Shown piece by piece: positions 26,097 through 32,000 of a DNA stretch of 32,000 nt. The notes under the pieces were generated by a model. That model was not told where the DNA came from and made no database searches. It saw only the letters and a list, made by a program, of their open reading frames with translations. This DNA is from Nitrosococcus oceani ATCC 19707. Its GTDB lineage: Bacteria; Pseudomonadota; Gammaproteobacteria; Nitrosococcales; Nitrosococcaceae. The stretch lies in contig NC_007484.1 in the NCBI RefSeq assembly GCF_000012805.1, positions 2,280,001 through 2,312,000 on the forward strand. Direction: 5' to 3'. The translations under genes were made by a program, and so were the position numbers. Position 1 is the first letter of the stretch; every line of letters starts with the position of its first letter.

Positions 26097-27950
26097 CTAT
26101 GATCTATTAAGTTGCCCCAAGTCCCGAACCGCACCTTTCGCTGCTGAGGTGGTGAGCGCCGCGTAGGCCTGCAGCGCCAGGGATACAGTACGATTGCGAT
26201 TAACTGGCCGCCAAGCCTGCTGCGCCTTTGCCTCCATGGCTCTTTGGCGCTGTGCTAATTCCTCCTCGTCCACTGCGAGATGAATACGCCGATGAGGAAT
26301 GTCGATTTCAATTCTGTCACCTTCCTCCACCAAACCGATGGTGCCACCTTCAGCCGCTTCAGGAGAAACGTGGCCAATAGAAAGTCCCGAAGTCCCTCCA
26401 GAGAAGCGGCCATCCGTGATGAGCGCACAGACTTCGCCTAATCCTTTAGATTTCAGATAACTGGTGGGATAGAGCATCTCCTGCATTCCAGGTCCCCCCT
26501 TGGGGCCTTCATAACGAATAAGCACAACGTCACCCGGCTGAATTTTATCTCCCAGAATAGCTGCTATCGCCGCCTCCTGACTCTCAAATAGCCGGGCCGG
26601 CCCGGAAAAAATCAATATCGACGGGTCTACTCCAGCAGTCTTGACAATACAACCATCCTTTGCGAGGTTACCATAAAGCACCGCCAACCCCCCATCCTTG
26701 CTGTAAGCATGGGCAATATCGCGAATACAACCTTGCGCCCTATCCAAATCCAGACTTTCCCAGCGATTCCCTTGGCTAAAAGCCACTTGGGTAGGGACAC
26801 CCCCCGGAGCGGCAAGATAGCGACTCTGGGCAGCCTCATAGCTGGAACGGACGATATCCCATTGGTCAAGCGCCGCGCCCAAGGTCGGGCTATGAACGGT
26901 TGCCATTTGGCGATGGATCAATCCTGCCCGATCTAATTCCCCCAAAATACTAATGACACCCCCCGCCCGGTGAACATCCTCCATGTGATATTCTGGCGTT
27001 GCAGGAGCCACTTTACACAAATTGGGCACCTTACGGGACAAGCGATCAATATCCGCCATCGTGAAATCCACTCCCCCTTCCTGAGCAGCGGCCAGCAAGT
27101 GAAGCACCGTATTAGTCGAACCGCCCATAGCGATATCCAGACTCATGGCATTCTCAAAAGCCCCAAAATTAGCAATTGAGCGCGGCAAAACAGTTTCATC
27201 ATCCTGCTCGTAATAACGTTTTGCCAACGCCACAATCAAGCGTCCTGCTTCTAGGAACAATTCTTTCCTGTCAGCATGAGTCGCCAGCAAGGAACCATTG
27301 CCTGGCAACGCTAACCCCAAGGCTTCGGTCAGGCAATTCATCGAGTTAGCAGTGAACATCCCGGAGCAAGAACCGCAGGTAGGACAAGCTGAGCGCTCAT
27401 AGGCCATTACATCGGCATCGCTTTCAGCAGGGTCAACCGCCGCCACTATGGCATCTACCAAATCTAAGCTTACACTCTTACCCCGAATTTTAACCTTGCC
27501 CGCTTCCATGGGCCCACCCGAGATAAATACTGCTGGAATATTTAAGCGCATGGCAGCCATCAGCATACCCGGAGTAATCTTGTCACAATTAGAAATGCAC
27601 ACCAAAGCATCGGCGCAGTGGGCATTGACCATGTATTCTACTGAATCGGCAATGATTTCCCTCGAAGGCAGAGAATACAGCATGCCACTATGCCCCATGG
27701 CAATTCCGTCATCCACGGCAATAGTATGAAATTCCTTGGCCACCCCCCCGGCTTTTTCAATCTCCCGGGCGACTAGCTGTCCTAAATCCTTGAGGTGGAC
27801 ATGACCGGGGACGAACTGAGTAAAAGAATTGGCAATGGCAATAATGGGCTTACCAAAATCGCCCTCTTTCATACCGGTGGCCCGCCACAAGGCCCGGGCA
27901 CCAGCCATATTACGACCGTGAGTCGTCGTTCGGGATCGATAAGCGGGCAT
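26097..27950 (-). CDS. ilvD: Dihydroxy-acid dehydratase
   Basis: 617 aa. [53 protein letters not shown], Fe-S cluster Cys motifs ([19 protein letters not shown]), and end-to-end IlvD-like sequence. Confidence 0.95.
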   Translation of the reverse strand: MPAYRSRTTTHGRNMAGARALWRATGMKEGDFGKPIIAIANSFTQFVPGHVHLKDLGQLVAREIEKAGGVAKEFHTIAVDDGIAMGHSGMLYSLPSREIIADSVEYMVNAHCADALVCISNCDKITPGMLMAAMRLNIPAVFISGGPMEAGKVKIRGKSVSLDLVDAIVAAVDPAESDADVMAYERSACPTCGSCSGMFTANSMNCLTEALGLALPGNGSLLATHADRKELFLEAGRLIVALAKRYYEQDDETVLPRSIANFGAFENAMSLDIAMGGSTNTVLHLLAAAQEGGVDFTMADIDRLSRKVPNLCKVAPATPEYHMEDVHRAGGVISILGELDRAGLIHRQMATVHSPTLGAALDQWDIVRSSYEAAQSRYLAAPGGVPTQVAFSQGNRWESLDLDRAQGCIRDIAHAYSKDGGLAVLYGNLAKDGCIVKTAGVDPSILIFSGPARLFESQEAAIAAILGDKIQPGDVVLIRYEGPKGGPGMQEMLYPTSYLKSKGLGEVCALITDGRFSGGTSGLSIGHVSPEAAEGGTIGLVEEGDRIEIDIPHRRIHLAVDEEELAQRQRAMEAKAQQAWRPVNRNRTVSLALQAYAALTTSAAKGAVRDLGQLNRS

Positions 27951-28231
27951 AAGCCACCTCCAAAAAAATCAGTTTAATCTTAATCAGAGCTTATTTTACC
28001 TCTTATCCCTCCATGGAAACCAGAGATACTTTAATGTAACTTAGGCAAAAGCCGACTAGGAAAATCTAACGTGAAAGCACGCAGGGCGATAACAACTCTC
28101 AGACCTAACCCAAGTTAACCCTTCGCCAAGAACTGCCGGGAAACGCGAATTACTGCAAGCCGAGTAGGGCTTAACCGCAAACTTTAAAATTCTCCAACCA
28201 ATCGTGCAAAAACCAAATCATCAAATGACGA

Positions 28232-30238
28232 CTACTGACGGAGCATCTCCCGCAAATTAGCCAGATGCACTTGACCCCTCTCCATCCGTTCTGCGGGGTC
28301 ACGGGGAATTCCCTCCCGCTCCCATTGAAGATCCGCAGCCGGTAGTTCTGACAAAAACCGACTGGGTTCGCACAAGATGGTTTCCCCATACTGCTGACGC
28401 TTTTCCGCCATAGTAAAACAAAGACTCCTTTGGGCCCGGGTGATTCCCACATAAGCCAAGCGCCGTTCCTCCTCTAAAGTGCCCTGCTCCACGCTGGTTC
28501 GGTGAGGTAGCAATTCCTCCTCCATCCCCACCATAAAAACGTAGGGAAATTCTAGGCCCTTGGCGGCGTGGAGCGTCAATAAGTTAACCGCATCCCGGTC
28601 CTTTTTCTCCTGGGTTCGCTCCAGGATATCTTGCAAGCTTATTTCCGCTACCAAATCGCCGAGGGCCCGGCGTTCATCTCCCCGCTGATAGAGGCGTTCC
28701 AGCCACCCTACCAGCTCCTCCACATTAGCCATCCGCCGCTCTGCGGTACGCCGATCATTACAATTTTCATCAAGCCAGGCACGATAATCAATGTCAGCAA
28801 TGAGGTCTTTTATCACCGCAATGGGATCGCCACGGCGGCCCCGATCAGCCAAATCCACAACCCACTCGCAAAATCGGCGCAGCCTAGGCAAGGCTTCACC
28901 GGAAAGATGCTCTCCTAAGCCTAATTCAAAGCCTGAGACTAACAAGCTCTGCCCCCGCAAAGCCGCGTATCCCGCCAGTTTTTCCAGGGTGACCGCTCCG
29001 ATTCCCCGGCGCGGCGTATTAGCCACCCGTAAAAAAGCATTATCGTCATCCTCATTAGCCAACAGGCGCAGGTAAGCCATGATATCCTTGACTTCGCCTC
29101 GCTCGAAGAAGGAAGTCCCTCCACTCAGAACATAAGGGATGCCGTGGGCCCGCAAAGCCCGCTCAAAGGGCCTAGATTGATAGTTGCCCCGGTATAGGAT
29201 GGCGTAATCACGGCATGCCGTGCGGTACTTAAAACGATGGTACATCAGTTCGGCAACGACTCTATCTGCCTCATGGTGCTCATCCCGGCAGGTCAACACC
29301 CGAATGGAATCACCTTCGCCTAAGGCACTCCAAAGTCGTTTTTCAAAGACATGGGGATTAGAGCTAATCAGTTGATTGGCTACCCGCAAAATGCGAGTGG
29401 TGGAGCGGTAGTTCTGCTCTAGCTTAATAACCGTAAGCTGGGGAAAATCTTCTTTGAGCTGATGCAAGTTTTCCGGCTGGGCGCCCCGCCAAGCGTATAC
29501 CGATTGGTCATCATCTCCCACCACGGTAACGGCACCCCGCACTCCAGCTAAGTACTTAACCAACTGGTACTGGGCTGCGTTGGTATCTTGATACTCGTCT
29601 ACTAGCAGATAACGGAAATAATTTTGCCAACGACTGAGAATTTCCGGGCGCGTCGTTAAAAGATGAACAGGTAAACCAATCAAATCATCGAAATCGACAG
29701 CATTATAAGCCCGCAGGCGCCGATCATAAGCGGCATAAAGCTGGGCTGCTATGGCTTCCTGATCATTGCTGGCCCTGCATAAGGCTTCCTCAGGCGTCAC
29801 TAATGCGTTTTTCCAGGTGGAAATTTGCCACTGGAAGCTGCTTTCCTCTCCGCCGCTACTAAACTCTTGCTGATGGAGATCGCAGATAAGTGCGCGGCTA
29901 TCCTGGGCATCCAGCAAAGAAAAACCCGCTTTCAGTCTGAGAATTTCGTGTTCGCGGCGCAAGATATTGAGTCCCAAAGCGTGAAAGGTAGAAACAACTA
30001 ATCCCCGGCTTTCTCCCTTAGTTAGTAATTGTCCTATCCGAGACTTCATTTCCCGGGCGGCTTTATTGGTGAACGTCACCGCCACAATGGATCGCGCCGA
30101 CAAATGACATTGCTCAATGAGATAGACAATTTTGTGGGTAATCACTCGGGTTTTACCGCTGCCAGCTCCCGCCAACACCAACAGGGGGCCATCGATGTGG
30201 CGGACTGCCAAACGCTGTTGGGGGTTAAGATTTGGCAA
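28232..30238 (-). CDS. rep: ATP-dependent DNA helicase Rep (UvrD/Rep SF1 family)
   Basis: 668 aa. [72 protein letters not shown], and LEQNYRS. Size and motifs fit Rep rather than the longer UvrD. Confidence 0.85.
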   Translation of the reverse strand: MPNLNPQQRLAVRHIDGPLLVLAGAGSGKTRVITHKIVYLIEQCHLSARSIVAVTFTNKAAREMKSRIGQLLTKGESRGLVVSTFHALGLNILRREHEILRLKAGFSLLDAQDSRALICDLHQQEFSSGGEESSFQWQISTWKNALVTPEEALCRASNDQEAIAAQLYAAYDRRLRAYNAVDFDDLIGLPVHLLTTRPEILSRWQNYFRYLLVDEYQDTNAAQYQLVKYLAGVRGAVTVVGDDDQSVYAWRGAQPENLHQLKEDFPQLTVIKLEQNYRSTTRILRVANQLISSNPHVFEKRLWSALGEGDSIRVLTCRDEHHEADRVVAELMYHRFKYRTACRDYAILYRGNYQSRPFERALRAHGIPYVLSGGTSFFERGEVKDIMAYLRLLANEDDDNAFLRVANTPRRGIGAVTLEKLAGYAALRGQSLLVSGFELGLGEHLSGEALPRLRRFCEWVVDLADRGRRGDPIAVIKDLIADIDYRAWLDENCNDRRTAERRMANVEELVGWLERLYQRGDERRALGDLVAEISLQDILERTQEKKDRDAVNLLTLHAAKGLEFPYVFMVGMEEELLPHRTSVEQGTLEEERRLAYVGITRAQRSLCFTMAEKRQQYGETILCEPSRFLSELPAADLQWEREGIPRDPAERMERGQVHLANLREMLRQ

Positions 30239-31742
30239 GGGAACGGTCTAATCGCCGGTAACCAATCGCTTCGGAAAGATGGGGCGTGCGAATAGTTTCA
30301 CTTCCCTCCAAATCGGCAATCGTCCGGGCAACTTTCAATATACGGTGGTAGGCGCGCGCCGAAAGCCCTAATTGCTCCAAGGCCCGCTCCAGTAACTGAT
30401 AATTCTTCTCTCCAAGGCGGCAAATCTGTTCCACTTCCCGATTGCCTAACCTGCTGTTAGGTTGCCCAAAACGGGCTAACTGACGCTCCCGCGCTGCTTC
30501 CACCCGAGTTCGAACCTGGCAACTCGTTTCCATCCTGCTCTCACTTTCGGTTCGTAACTGATGCAAAGGTACGGGTGGCACCTCGATTTGTATATCGATG
30601 CGATCTAATAAAGGCCCGGAAATCCGGGCCCGGTAACGTTGTACTTGCTCTATGGTGCATCGGCAACGGCCTTTGGAATCGCCTAAATAACCGCAGGGGC
30701 AAGGATTCATGGCGGCCACCAGCTGTACACGAGCCGGAAACTCGGCCTGCTGAGCTGCCCGGGAAATAACAATGCGGCCCGATTCCAGGGGTTCCCTAAG
30801 AACCTCCAGTACCCGACGCTCAAATTCTGGCAACTCATCGAGAAAGAGCACTCCATGGTGCGCCAAGGATACCTCCCCTGGCCGTGGCTGCCCGCCCCCG
30901 CCTACCAAGGCTACTCCAGAAGCCGTATGATGGGGAGTTCGGAAAGGCCGTTGGCGCCAGCGGCTAGAATTAAAACCTTGGCTGCTGATTGACTGTACAG
31001 TGGCGCTTTCCAACGCTTCGGCTTCGGCCATCTCAGGCAAAATCCCCGGCAGGCGACTGGCCAGCATGGTTTTGCCAGTTCCTGGTGGTCCGATCATTAA
31101 CAAATTATGAGCCCCTGCGGCTGCCACTTCCAACGCTCGTTTGGCATGGTACTGGCCCCGGATATCTGCAATATCCCCTCTTTTATCGGCAACCACTTTA
31201 AGAGGGTTGGGAGTAAAGGGAGTTAGCCGTGACTCGCCCCGAAGATGTTGGCAAATTTCTAATAGATGGGAAACCGCTAATACTTCAACCGTGGACACGA
31301 GGGCCGCTTCGGGAGCATTTTCTTCAGCGACCACTAGACTACGGCCCGCTTTTGCCGTTTGCAATGCGGCAGGTAACACTCCACGGATACTTCGCACCTT
31401 CCCACTTAAGGCAAGCTCGCTGGCAAATTCATAAGCCCTTAACGCAGGTGAGGAAATCTGCCCCGAGGCAGCCAAAATACCTAAAGCAATCGCCAAGTCA
31501 AAGCGCCCCCCTTCCTTGGGCAGATCCGCAGGTGCCAGATTTACCGTAATACGGCGCGCCGGAAACTCAAAATGGCAGTTGAGCAGTGCGCCTCGCACCC
31601 GTTCTCTGCTCTCCTTAACTGCGGTTTCTGGCAGACCCACGATGGAGAAAGCGGGGAGACCATTTGAGAGGTGGGCTTCCACAGTCACCAAAGGGGCATC
31701 CAGGCCCGCCTGAGCCCGGCTGTAGGCAATCGCTAGCGACAT
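30225..31742 (-). CDS. comM: YifB/ComM family Mg-chelatase-like AAA+ ATPase
   Basis: 505 aa. Lon-protease-like N-terminal domain ([29 protein letters not shown]), Walker [11 protein letters not shown], Walker [11 protein letters not shown], Cys cluster [17 protein letters not shown]. It overlaps the rep start by 14 nt. Confidence 0.9.
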   Translation of the reverse strand: MSLAIAYSRAQAGLDAPLVTVEAHLSNGLPAFSIVGLPETAVKESRERVRGALLNCHFEFPARRITVNLAPADLPKEGGRFDLAIALGILAASGQISSPALRAYEFASELALSGKVRSIRGVLPAALQTAKAGRSLVVAEENAPEAALVSTVEVLAVSHLLEICQHLRGESRLTPFTPNPLKVVADKRGDIADIRGQYHAKRALEVAAAGAHNLLMIGPPGTGKTMLASRLPGILPEMAEAEALESATVQSISSQGFNSSRWRQRPFRTPHHTASGVALVGGGGQPRPGEVSLAHHGVLFLDELPEFERRVLEVLREPLESGRIVISRAAQQAEFPARVQLVAAMNPCPCGYLGDSKGRCRCTIEQVQRYRARISGPLLDRIDIQIEVPPVPLHQLRTESESRMETSCQVRTRVEAARERQLARFGQPNSRLGNREVEQICRLGEKNYQLLERALEQLGLSARAYHRILKVARTIADLEGSETIRTPHLSEAIGYRRLDRSLAKS

Positions 31743-32000
31743 CTATGAATAAGGTATTTCTTATCTATCTTGCAATTGGATCTTGCAAAGACTCACATTT
31801 CCCAAGGATTTTTGAGCGGCAGTCATATCTCCTCTATCTTCCCCTGTATACCTCTCCGAGCGCATTGTTTACTCATCTTTTAGATGAGGATAAGGTAATA
31901 ATGCTCATAAACTCTCTAGGAGATAGTGTATTTTTAGCAGGAGCTGTTAAGTGCTAGTCTCAATCCGAATCTATTCTATTAATTTCTCCTCTGGCGCTTT

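Overview
About 50% GC chromosomal segment with proteobacterial gene content; the organism cannot be determined from the sequence alone. It is dominated by a split PEP-CTERM/exosortase-type exopolysaccharide locus. Left block: chain-length determinant (partial, 1-1341, -), Wza-like export lipoprotein, then divergently the TPR lipoprotein PrsT, a GT1 glycosyltransferase and a membrane-anchored hexapeptide acyltransferase. Next comes a PEP-CTERM sorting-signal protein behind a near-consensus sigma-54 promoter. Right block (minus strand): priming sugar transferase, histidine kinase PrsK and sigma-54 activator PrsR. No exosortase (EpsH) gene lies in the window. Between the two blocks are (i) an intact stand-alone tnpB (IS200/IS605-type RNA-guided nuclease, no tnpA), (ii) an RND efflux pair (adaptor plus permease, no outer-membrane factor), and (iii) the most interesting part: a ThiF/E1-like domain fused to an Acg-type nitroreductase fold, divergent from two tandem LuxI/FeeM-like PEP-CTERM-associated acyltransferase paralogs. 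The second paralog has its own near-perfect sigma-54 promoter and two upstream TGTC-N10-GACA inverted repeats. A second, decayed tnpB relic with a perfect 17-bp hairpin sits in the divergent control region between the export operon and prsT. The right third is housekeeping: tRNA-Arg(CCG), a lipoprotein c-type cytochrome, ilvD, rep and comM/yifB. A bipartite repeat upstream of tnpB recurs in the cytochrome/ilvD spacer around a 14-bp perfect hairpin. No CRISPR array or rRNA was seen. All calls rest on reading the translations and sequence by eye; no database search was possible.
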